DNA of 22,317 bases. Origin: an uncultured Elusimicrobia bacterium (lineage in GTDB: Bacteria > Elusimicrobiota > Elusimicrobia > JACQPE01). The notes beneath the pieces are model-generated. The model saw only the letters and a list, made by a program, of their open reading frames with translations. It did not search any database and was not told the DNA's origin. Both the position numbers and the translations under genes were made by a program. Below, piece after piece: positions 1 to 7,302 of this stretch (positions within the stretch are counted from its first letter, which is position 1; each line of letters opens with the position of its first letter). The DNA lies in NCBI GenBank assembly GCA_964357255.1, contig CAYHKQ010000042.1, positions 1-22,317 of the forward strand. Reading direction: 5' to 3'.

Positions 1-3000
1 TCCAGGGTTGTTTCGCCTTCTCCTATCCCCAGGGCCTGAATGTAGGGGATAAATTCGGCCATGGCCTTGGTCCGATAGAACGCGGCCTCGACTCCGGACG
101 TCGCGTCAATGGCGGCCAAAGAGGCGGTGACGCTACTGATGTAGAAATTATTTAAGCCCATCACGCCTTTTAATGAAAGGTTTGATTGAGGAGGCGTGGC
201 ATCGAATATGAAGTGGGCAGGGTAGAGATTTTCTTCCTGGACGCCCTGGGAATCTTTGGCACGGGAAACCGCCGAGTAGAGGCCGTCGTTTAAGGTTGCG
301 CTCTCTAGCGCCAAGGTCCAGGTTTCCTTGCCAAGGGCCGTGAGCCAGTTTATTCCTCCCCATCCGCCGCTGGTCCAGATGCTTGGCGTTGAGCTTGAGC
401 TTTGAATTTGAATTTCTACCAGGGAGATTGCCGTGCCCTTGCCTTGGGCGGTTCCGGAGATGGCAGGCAGGGTTTTGACGACGCCGTTTTCCAGGGGCCA
501 GAGAATTTTGGAGACGGGCGCGATACTGCTGAAGATGAAGGCGCGTTTGGCCCGGCTCATGCTCACGGACACTGCACCCTCGGAGTTTTTCGTTGTCTTG
601 ACGGCTTGGAGATAATAGGTGGCTCCCAGTTTAAGCGTGGCCGTGGCCATGCCGATGTCGAGAGGATTAATCACGGCGCTCGATCCCGTGAAATTTTCAA
701 TAGTTTTTTCCGCCACCGGGCCCGAGGATGGTTGGTTAAAAAATTTAAAGTTCATGCGTCCGCTTTGGTTCTCGAGAGGTCCGGTCCACGCGGCAATCGG
801 GGGAGCGCCTTTGACCCAGGCAATATCGAGCGGCCCGGCCTGGACCAGGCTTTTGCTCACGGTGGGGTCCCCCAGCGAGCCGTTGATGCTTACGGACACG
901 ACATAGGCCTTGCTAACGCCTATGGGCCAGTCCATTGAGGAGCGGCGGCGAGCGTACGTTAAACGCCCTTTCGCGTCTTTTGTGACGCGAATGGTTTCAG
1001 CGGGAGCGTTTTCCTCCAGCGTTCCTGAAAATCCAACCGGGATTTCCCGCGCGAGCCGCCAGGCTGTGGCGCCGGGATCGAGGCAATAGACGCGGTAGGA
1101 TCCAATCAGCGCCGTATCTTCAAGGGCTTGCCAGCTCAAATTCATTTCAAGCTCGTCCTTGTCGGTCCAATTCCAGGCTGAGGTGAAATTTTGCGGCGAG
1201 GGCGGCTTGGTGGAACTGATGAAGAATTTTGTCGTCATCGTGGACCAGTTATAGGCCTTATCAATGGCGTATGTTAGAACCTCGTAATGATGCCCCGGAA
1301 TCCACGCCGGCGTCTCCAGGGTCCAGGCGTTTCCCGTGAGCGCGGGTTTGATGTAGGCGTAATGGGATTGCCAATTGCTTCCGCTCCAGATTTGGGAGTT
1401 GTCGAGATCCTTGATGATGAAATACATGTACCAGAGACCGGCCAAATTATCCGTGATGTTGCCGGACAATGAGATTTGATTGTAATAGGTGGCGCCGTTT
1501 TTTGGGAGATCAAAAGTGACGTTCGGCCCGTTATTGTCCGCTGTAAAGGAAACGCTTGGGACCGGGTTTTGAACATTTTCGGAACTGTCTATGGCCCGGA
1601 CTTTGAGTTCGTAGGATTTTGCGCTCTCAAGGGTCACGGTCGAGATGCTATGTTGCCAATAACCGTAAAAGCTGTCATAGGCGGAAGTGATGGATTTGAT
1701 GGTTTGCGCGTTAAACCAGTTCGCCGAGGCTTGCCATCCCGATGGCCCCCAAGACAATCCGCCGGAGTTTTCTTTGATGGACATTTGGATTTTTGCCACG
1801 TCTTGGGGCTGGAAATTTCCGCCTAGAGGCGTGTTTTTGCCGATGATCTGATTGGGCATGGGCGTGCCGATGGTCGCGGTGGGCAGGGTTACGTCGTAAA
1901 CGCTAAATGCATTAGGCGCGGCCAGGGAGCCGGGGGTCTGCCCGGTGGGGGGGTAATTGCCGGCCTCATCCGTTGCGTCAATGAAGTAGTTGACTTTTTT
2001 GGTTTTTAAGCTTTGCAAATAGTAACCTGGAATCAACGCTCGGAATTTTGCGTTTCCGAGCGCGAACATCGGGATGGTGTAGTATTTTGACGTTCCATCC
2101 TGCCAGAAGGTGAGTCCCGCGATGGCGACTGAGGCATTGTCCGTGATTTTGGCTTCGATGATTAAATTTTTATTGTCCGCCACGGTCGCGGCCATTGGCG
2201 TATGGCTTATGTGGGGCGGCTCAAGATCGGATTTGACCAGAAATTGATCCGCTTGGGCGTCGGCATAAACTCCGGTATGCGCTGGATTGGCCCGGAACAT
2301 GGGCCAGGGGCGCGAGAAGGGCGGCACATTGGACAGCGTGTCCTTGACGCTCCAGAACCGGTCGCCTCTCATGCTATTGATGTCGCCGAAGCGGTCCTGG
2401 AAGAAAATTTCAAGTTTTCCATCGCCGTCAACATCGCCCACAACGGGCGAGGAAACCGATGTGTAAGAACCCTTGAAGGAATCAAGGAAGGCGCCATTGT
2501 CGCCTTGAAGGAGCGTGAGATATCCCGCGAAGGTGATGATATAGACGTCGAGGCGTGGTCCAGGGCCGCGCGCGGCAAGGGCCGGGGAACTGTAAATCGG
2601 GGAACCTAAATCCCTGCTCCATTTGAGCGAGCCATCGCTGTTGAGACAGTAGACTTTGCCGTCCCCTGAGCCGAACACGATTTCCGGTTTGCCGTCGCCG
2701 TCCGTGTCGCCGATAGCCGGGGAGGAAATAATAGAGCCGCCGGTGGCGAAACTCCAGCGCGTTGCCCCTGTGGCGCCGTCTAAGGCCAGGAGCGTTCCGC
2801 TGGAAATCCATGGGGTTCCAATGATGACTTCCCGGCGCCCATCGCCGTTTAAATCAGCCAGCGCGGCCGAGGCGCGCAGGGACTCGCCGGCGTTGACTTT
2901 CCATTTAAAGGCCCCGGTGCTAGCGCCCAGGCAATAAAGATAGCCGTCATCCGAGCCGATCAACACTTCCTTAGCGCCGTCGCCGTCCGTGTCGCCAATG

Positions 3001-3653
3001 GCCGCGGTGGACCAGATGGGTCCGCGCGTGACAAAACGCCAGGCGATTTGGCCGGTGGCGCCGCGAAAACTCTTGACGGAATAATCAAACGATCCGGCGA
3101 AAACCCGCCATTCGTTATTGCCCATGCGAGCCGTGGCCGGCGTGGACAGGACATGGCCGTTATAAGGGTTGGCCCAGACCCATTGAGAGAAAGGATGGAT
3201 GGCCTGAACCTCGTTGCCGGACGTGGTGCCCCCGATGATTTCGGATGTTCCGTCGCCGTTTAAGTCCGCGAGATTGATTGAGGAGTGAGCCTCGTCGTTT
3301 TCAGTGTCTTTCCACCAGATGACGTCCCCTTTGGAGGAAAACAAGAACCATCGGCCGAGCGGCCCGTCGGATGTGGTATCGCCTAAGGGATGGTATTCTT
3401 CATTGCCCGTGGCGACTTCCAGGCCCGGGTAATCCGGCCGCAATTCGCCGATCGCCGCGGATGGCCCGGGAATCATGCGGTAGTCGCCGCCGAAGACGAT
3501 TTTGAATTGGTAGTTCCAGTTATTGACAAGGATATTGTTGTAGGTGGCGCCGGTGGAGACGAGCGCTAAAAGGGGGGAGCGGTTGGGCAGATAAGCGCTT
3601 AGGCAGATCAGTGAAATAAGGAAATTCCTTAAAACACTCGACCGCTTATTCAT
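1..3653 (-). CDS. Very large secreted surface protein, >1,217 aa inside the window and still open at window start. It has an N-terminal signal peptide (MNKRSSVLRNFLISLICLSAYLP...). At least five FG-GAP/VCBS-like Ca-binding beta-propeller repeats follow (D-x-[DN]-G-D-G-x-x-E with Y-C-L blade ends). Several Ig-like/Fn3-like beta-sandwich repeats come after them. The 3' end lies beyond the window.
   Basis: I translated the minus strand by hand from the ATG at 3653..3651. The frame with codon tops at positions congruent to 2 mod 3 reads stop-free to position 1. Examples of the repeats are IGDTDGDGAKEVLIGSDDGYLYCL, LADLNGDGRREVIIGT, AIGDTDGDGKPEIVFGSGDGKVYCL and VVGDVDGDGKLEIFF. The supplied ORF track shows no ORF in this frame and no other ORF longer than 178 aa anywhere in 1..3650. 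That fits a start-to-stop finder skipping an ORF that has no stop. The ATG overlaps the upstream gene's stop (ATGA). Confidence 0.75.
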   Translation of the reverse strand, partial: MNKRSSVLRNFLISLICLSAYLPNRSPLLALVSTGATYNNILVNNWNYQFKIVFGGDYRMIPGPSAAIGELRPDYPGLEVATGNEEYHPLGDTTSDGPLGRWFLFSSKGDVIWWKDTENDEAHSSINLADLNGDGTSEIIGGTTSGNEVQAIHPFSQWVWANPYNGHVLSTPATARMGNNEWRVFAGSFDYSVKSFRGATGQIAWRFVTRGPIWSTAAIGDTDGDGAKEVLIGSDDGYLYCLGASTGAFKWKVNAGESLRASAALADLNGDGRREVIIGTPWISSGTLLALDGATGATRWSFATGGSIISSPAIGDTDGDGKPEIVFGSGDGKVYCLNSDGSLKWSRDLGSPIYSSPALAARGPGPRLDVYIITFAGYLTLLQGDNGAFLDSFKGSYTSVSSPVVGDVDGDGKLEIFFQDRFGDINSMRGDRFWSVKDTLSNVPPFSRPWPMFRANPAHTGVYADAQADQFLVKSDLEPPHISHTPMAATVADNKNLIIEAKITDNASVAIAGLTFWQDGTSKYYTIPMFALGNAKFRALIPGYYLQSLKTKKVNYFIDATDEAGNYPPTGQTPGSLAAPNAFSVYDVTLPTATIGTPMPNQIIGKNTPLGGNFQPQDVAKIQMSIKENSGGLSWGPSGWQASANWFNAQTIKSITSAYDSFYGYWQHSISTVTLESAKSYELKVRAIDSSENVQNPVPSVSFTADNNGPNVTFDLPKNGATYYNQISLSGNITDNLAGLWYMYFIIKDLDNSQIWSGSNWQSHYAYIKPALTGNAWTLETPAWIPGHHYEVLTYAIDKAYNWSTMTTKFFISSTKPPSPQNFTSAWNWTDKDELEMNLSWQALEDTALIGSYRVYCLDPGATAWRLAREIPVGFSGTLEENAPAETIRVTKDAKGRLTYARRRSSMDWPIGVSKAYVVSVSINGSLGDPTVSKSLVQAGPLDIAWVKGAPPIAAWTGPLENQSGRMNFKFFNQPSSGPVAEKTIENFTGSSAVINPLDIGMATATLKLGATYYLQAVKTTKNSEGAVSVSMSRAKRAFIFSSIAPVSKILWPLENGVVKTLPAISGTAQGKGTAISLVEIQIQSSSSTPSIWTSGGWGGINWLTALGKETWTLALESATLNDGLYSAVSRAKDSQGVQEENLYPAHFIFDATPPQSNLSLKGVMGLNNFYISSVTASLAAIDATSGVEAAFYRTKAMAEFIPYIQALGIGEGETTL

Positions 3654-4228
3654 AGTTTTTGCCCTTGTTTTTCCGGTCCGTTTTTTTTGTTTTGATCGGG
3701 TTGGGGCGAGCGCAGGAGCTTGTCCTTGCTCATGCGGTCAATTTCGAGTTCGAGTTTATGCTCTTTAAAAAATCGCCTTTCTTTTCTTGTGCCTCGGTCG
3801 TTAAGGCCGGGGATGCTATCCTCGATCAATTCCTCAAGAGCGTGAATGGCCGGGTCCGCGTCGCCATGATATTCGGCTTCTTCTTGCGGCGAAGCCTCGG
3901 CTTGCATGGCATCGAGGAGATCGAGGGCCGGGGTCGCGGCCTTGGACTTGTCCGTTTCGATTTTGCCGCCTTGATTTTCGACCCAAAGCTCTAAAGAGCC
4001 GTTCGCGGGCGCTCCAACCGCGGTCGCGCCGGCTGGGCTTTCTTGGGGCGAAGCGCCGGCCGGCATGATGTCTTTTTCCTGCGGGACCGTGACTTGTGGA
4101 GGGTTTTGAGCGGCTATTGGCGCGGACTCATCAAGAGCCACAACGTCCGGGCGCAGCCCAATCAACGTGAGCGATCCCAAGAAAAGAAAAAAATTTGTTT
4201 TTCGTCCTCGATTTTCAGTTTTTTCCAT
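3650..4228 (-). CDS. Acidic, Pro/Ala/Glu-rich low-complexity protein of 192 aa with an N-terminal hydrophobic signal/anchor (FFLFLGSLTLIGL) and a Lys-rich C-terminus. Hypothetical periplasmic or anchored accessory protein.
   Basis: ORF from the track. A GGGGAGA Shine-Dalgarno-like sequence sits about 8 nt upstream of the ATG at 4228. Its stop TGA (3650..3652) overlaps the ATG (3651..3653) of the giant downstream gene. It is nested between the beta-barrel gene and the giant gene on the same strand. Confidence 0.55.
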   Translation of the reverse strand: MEKTENRGRKTNFFLFLGSLTLIGLRPDVVALDESAPIAAQNPPQVTVPQEKDIMPAGASPQESPAGATAVGAPANGSLELWVENQGGKIETDKSKAATPALDLLDAMQAEASPQEEAEYHGDADPAIHALEELIEDSIPGLNDRGTRKERRFFKEHKLELEIDRMSKDKLLRSPQPDQNKKNGPEKQGQKL

Positions 4229-4242
4229 TGTGTCATTCTCCC

Positions 4243-5226
4243 CTAAAATTTAATCGTCAAATTCATTCGATGCGCATTGCCAAGAAGTCCGAACGGTTGA
4301 AACGAGTAATCCAAGCCGATAGCGCCGAGCGCTAAGCCGAATCCGGCTCCGAGTCCGCCTAAGGCCGAAGCTCCCGCGCTTTCTAATCCGTGATAGCCCA
4401 GGCGCAGGGCCAAGGGACGGCCGGAGGATTCTCCTGCGGCCGGCGCGAGTTCTACGCCAGCCGCCAGTTCGTGGGATTTTTCGCCGGGCCTCATTTTGTA
4501 ATCCGCGGCGAGGCGGATGCCGCCGAGATTGAAACCCGCTCCCAGGGCGTAAGTGAGCGGCAGTTTTGAGACCTCGTTGATGAATCGCAGGCCCGGTCCC
4601 GCGTTTTGAATGGCCGCGCCAAACGTCAGTTTTTTGTTGGCCGCCAGCATAATTCCAAAATCGCCGAAGTAGGTGGCGGCCTTGTAGCCAGCGAGGGACT
4701 CTTGAAAATAGGAAAGTTTGAATCCGGCGAGAATTCTCGGATGAATTTGCCGGGCCATGCCCAGGCTAACGGCCAAGTCGCCGGCTGAAAAGTCATCGCT
4801 CAGTCGTCCCGCGCTGTCGCGTCCCGTGAATTGTCCCATGTCCATGCGGTAGAAGCTTAACCCCAGAACGCCGGCTTTGCTAGGAAGAGCCAGCGCGGCA
4901 AATTGCATTTGAGAGCCCTCAAGCCATTCGCTGTGCATTAAGGAAAGCATGGGCCGTTTTATTCGGGCCAAGCCGGAGGGATTGTACGCGAGGGCCAGCG
5001 GGTCATTGGCCAGGGCCGTGTAGGCGCCGCCCAGGGCCGAGGGCCGGGCGCCGATGCCGGCTAAAAGGGATTCAGCGCCATTGGTTCCGGCGGCATACAG
5101 GGGCAAGGTGAATGAGGCAATAAAAGAAAGAAGAGAAGATAACCCGGCTAGAAACCGGGACTTCGTCCCTTCCTTAAAGTACGAAACGCTCGTTTCGTTT
5201 TGTGACCGTCTATTACCTAGGCTCAT
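4243..5226 (-). CDS. PorV/PorQ-like outer-membrane beta-barrel protein. The N-terminal motif GARPSALGGAYTALANDPLALAYNPSGLA resembles the PorV-family signature G-x-R-A-x-G-M-G-G-A...NPAGLA. The protein ends in a C-terminal Phe (LTIKF). The track ORF extends to 5364, but that N-terminal 46 aa are Arg-rich and lack a signal peptide. Met47 at 5226 gives an n-region plus an h-region (FLAGLSSLLSFIASFTLPLYAAG).
   Basis: Track ORF 4243..5364. Motif recognition and the alternating hydrophobic beta-strand pattern with a terminal aromatic residue. The stop TAG at 4243..4245 lies 14 nt before the next gene. The start is uncertain between 5226 and 5364. Confidence 0.65.
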   Translation of the reverse strand: MSLGNRRSQNETSVSYFKEGTKSRFLAGLSSLLSFIASFTLPLYAAGTNGAESLLAGIGARPSALGGAYTALANDPLALAYNPSGLARIKRPMLSLMHSEWLEGSQMQFAALALPSKAGVLGLSFYRMDMGQFTGRDSAGRLSDDFSAGDLAVSLGMARQIHPRILAGFKLSYFQESLAGYKAATYFGDFGIMLAANKKLTFGAAIQNAGPGLRFINEVSKLPLTYALGAGFNLGGIRLAADYKMRPGEKSHELAAGVELAPAAGESSGRPLALRLGYHGLESAGASALGGLGAGFGLALGAIGLDYSFQPFGLLGNAHRMNLTIKF

Positions 5227-5448
5227 TGGCTTGCATTCGGTTCGTCCAAGCTCGCCATCGGCAGCCAGGCTACCCGAGCGTTTACACCGGCCGCTTTGTG
5301 GGGAGTCCAAAGCGGACTGGAGTTTTGTCTGTCGGGCCCTTGGCTTCGCGCCCCTGCCTTTCAAAGATCAGGTTTGCCGTTTCGTGGCGGTCACTTTACG
5401 ACAACCATTAACTTTCACCCCAAAACGGGTTTGCGTCAAGGGGGGTCG

Positions 5449-5476
5449 GGTTGTAAAGTTGGGGGGAGGTTGTAAA
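5449..5476. promoter_or_regulatory. Direct repeat GGTTGTAAA occurring twice (5449..5457 and 5468..5476, 19 bp apart) in the divergent intergenic region. Inverted half-copies ACAACC (5401..5406) and TTACAA (5495..5500) also occur, and a TACAAT -10-like hexamer lies at 5496..5501. Candidate transcription-factor operator array.
   Basis: Read directly from the sequence. The region lies between divergently oriented gene starts, about 5226 or 5364 on the minus strand and 5514 on the plus strand. Confidence 0.3.
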
Positions 5477-5513
5477 TTTGTCCGTATATATTTCTTACAA
5501 TGAATAGACACCG

Positions 5514-5759
5514 ATGAATGAAGAAAAGAACGGATGGATTAAAAAAATCTTGGGCGTCAACGGCCATGATGAAGAGCCTTCGCATGTGAGCGGCAACGGG
5601 GGGTTTAAAACAACGGATAAAGCTATAGCGACGGCCCTTGTTTTTGTGATTGCCTTGATTTTAATGTTGCGCTTTAAAAATCCTGAGTTGGGATTGATTC
5701 TGGGCGCCGTGGCCGTGGGCGTCACCGTCTTCATCTGGAAAAATCATAGGAGGGGCTGA
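5514..5759 (+). CDS. Small membrane protein of 81 aa. It has a soluble N-terminus followed by two predicted TM helices (IATALVFVIALILML and LGLILGAVAVGVTVFIW). Probable partner of the downstream SPFH protein.
   Basis: Track ORF. Its stop TGA overlaps the downstream ATG (TGATG at 5757..5761). Confidence 0.6.
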   Translation: MNEEKNGWIKKILGVNGHDEEPSHVSGNGGFKTTDKAIATALVFVIALILMLRFKNPELGLILGAVAVGVTVFIWKNHRRG

Positions 5760-6676
5760 TGTATTTTGCAATTGCCGCCATTATTGCCGCTGTTCTTTTA
5801 ATTCTTAAAAAAGAGCAATGGCTTGACGTGAGACATGGGATTCTTTGGAATCAATTTTCGGTTTTTTTGTTTCGCTACGCGGCGATTTTATTCATACTAG
5901 CGTTGGCGGGCACGATAGCCGATGACGCTGTTGTCGTTGTGCCCGCCGGCCAGAGGGGCGTGGTTTATGACATTCTAAGGAAGGGGGTTCGTCCGGTGCC
6001 ATTGGGCGAAGGGTTTAATTTTATCACCCCTTTTGTCCAGCAAATTACATTAATGGACGTGCGCGTGCAAAAAGACACTTATGACGCCACCGCCCAGTCC
6101 AAAGATTTGCAAACCGTCCATGCCAAGGTCGCCTTAAACTTTCATCCCATTCCCAGTGAAACGCCGGCTATTTACCGTGATTTCGGTTTGGGGTATTCGG
6201 AAAAAGTGGTCAGTCCCGCTGTCCACGAAGCCTTAAAGCAGGTAACGGCGAAATTCACCGCTGAAGAGTTAATCACCAAGCGCGATGATGTCAAAAGACT
6301 GATCCGCGAAGTAGTGGAGCATCAGGTCGCGTTCGCTCATATTAAAGTGCAAGAGCTCTACATCACTGATTTCGATTTTTCGCGGTTATTTGCGGAATCC
6401 ATCGAATCCAAGCAGATTGCTGAACAGCAGGCGCTCAAGGCTAAGCGCGATCTCGATAGGATCAGGGTGGAAGCCGAGCAAAAAATAGCCACGTCTCGCG
6501 CCGAGGCCGAGGCCTTGCGGATGCAACGAGAGGCTGTTTCCCCGCAACTCATTCAACTCAGACAAGTTGAGGTTCAGAAACTGGCCGTGGACAAATGGAA
6601 CGGCCAAATGCCTCAAATCATCCTAGGCAACGGTTCCATGCCGCTGTTGGACCTAAGCTCTCTTCGATCTAAATAA
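5759..6676 (+). CDS. SPFH/band-7 prohibitin-family protein of 305 aa. It has an N-terminal TM helix and a C-terminal coiled-coil, Ala/Glu/Gln-rich segment.
   Basis: Sequence pattern VVPAGQRGVVYDILRKGVRPVPLGEGFNFITPFVQQI...DVRVQKDTYDATAQSKDLQTVHAKVALNFHP typical of the prohibitin (PHB) domain. The coiled-coil tail reads QIAEQQALKAKRDLDRIRVEAEQKIATSRAEAEALRMQREA. Confidence 0.85.
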   Translation: MYFAIAAIIAAVLLILKKEQWLDVRHGILWNQFSVFLFRYAAILFILALAGTIADDAVVVVPAGQRGVVYDILRKGVRPVPLGEGFNFITPFVQQITLMDVRVQKDTYDATAQSKDLQTVHAKVALNFHPIPSETPAIYRDFGLGYSEKVVSPAVHEALKQVTAKFTAEELITKRDDVKRLIREVVEHQVAFAHIKVQELYITDFDFSRLFAESIESKQIAEQQALKAKRDLDRIRVEAEQKIATSRAEAEALRMQREAVSPQLIQLRQVEVQKLAVDKWNGQMPQIILGNGSMPLLDLSSLRSK

Positions 6677-6696
6677 CTTTTTAGGTTTAGGATTGG

Positions 6697-6739
6697 GAAC
6701 GGCAAAGAATTAACGGAACCGTTCTTCTGATTTGCCTAA
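6697..6739 (+). terminator. Weak candidate intrinsic terminator after the SPFH operon. A 6-bp stem GAACGG...CCGTTC with a long loop is followed by a T-rich tract (TTCTGATTT).
   Basis: Inverted repeat read from the sequence. The stem is short and the loop long. Confidence 0.25.
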
Positions 6740-6766
6740 TTTAATTTAAAAATTAATCAAGAAAAC

Positions 6767-7234
6767 GTGATAGATTTTCATTTTCGCACGGCCTCCAATC
6801 AAGATGGGATGGCGGTGATCGCGCTGGTTTCGCGTCTCTTACAAGAGCACGGCCTGCGCTATGATTCAATGGCCGAGGATGCCGACCTCGACGACATTGA
6901 GAAGGTTTATCTGAGATCGGGCGGCGCTTTCAAAGTGGTGGAGAACTCAAAGGGCGAAATTGTGGGCACCTTCGCGCTTTATCCGATGCAGGACAGCGCC
7001 TGCCAACTTAGGAAGATGTATCTTAGTCCAATCCTACGCGGGCAAGGCCTGGGTCTGCGCATGCTCCGGTGCGCCGTTGATGACGCCCGGGGACTGGGGT
7101 TCAAAAAAATAGTTTTGGAGACCGCCAACGTCCTAAAGAAAGCGATCCGCCTGTATACTCGGTTCGGTTTCAAACCAATGGATGGCGCGCCACACTCAAA
7201 GCGCTGTGATCAGGCGTACTTTCTGGATTTATAA
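6767..7234 (+). CDS. GNAT-family N-acetyltransferase of 155 aa, with a GTG start.
   Basis: Acetyl-CoA-binding motif A QLRKMYLSPILRGQGLGLRMLRCAVDDARGLGFKKIVLETAN and a C-terminal RLYTRFGF segment typical of GNAT. Confidence 0.8.
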   Translation: MIDFHFRTASNQDGMAVIALVSRLLQEHGLRYDSMAEDADLDDIEKVYLRSGGAFKVVENSKGEIVGTFALYPMQDSACQLRKMYLSPILRGQGLGLRMLRCAVDDARGLGFKKIVLETANVLKKAIRLYTRFGFKPMDGAPHSKRCDQAYFLDL

Positions 7235-7302
7235 AATTCAACGGAATGGAAGAAAATAAAATCGGCTTTCGCGAAGTCCAAATAATCGGCATGGGTGTAA
7301 TA

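Noticed and set aside
402-3263. Multiple short ORFs (60-178 aa) on both strands across 1..3650 in the track.
   Set aside because: All lie inside, and out of frame with, the continuous >1,200-codon minus-strand reading frame. They are GC-rich alternative-frame artefacts.
5054-5503. 149-aa plus-strand ORF antisense to the 5' part of the PorV-like gene and running into the divergent promoter region.
   Set aside because: It is Arg/Pro-rich with GC-skewed noncoding-like composition, has no Shine-Dalgarno sequence, and fully overlaps a better-supported gene on the other strand.
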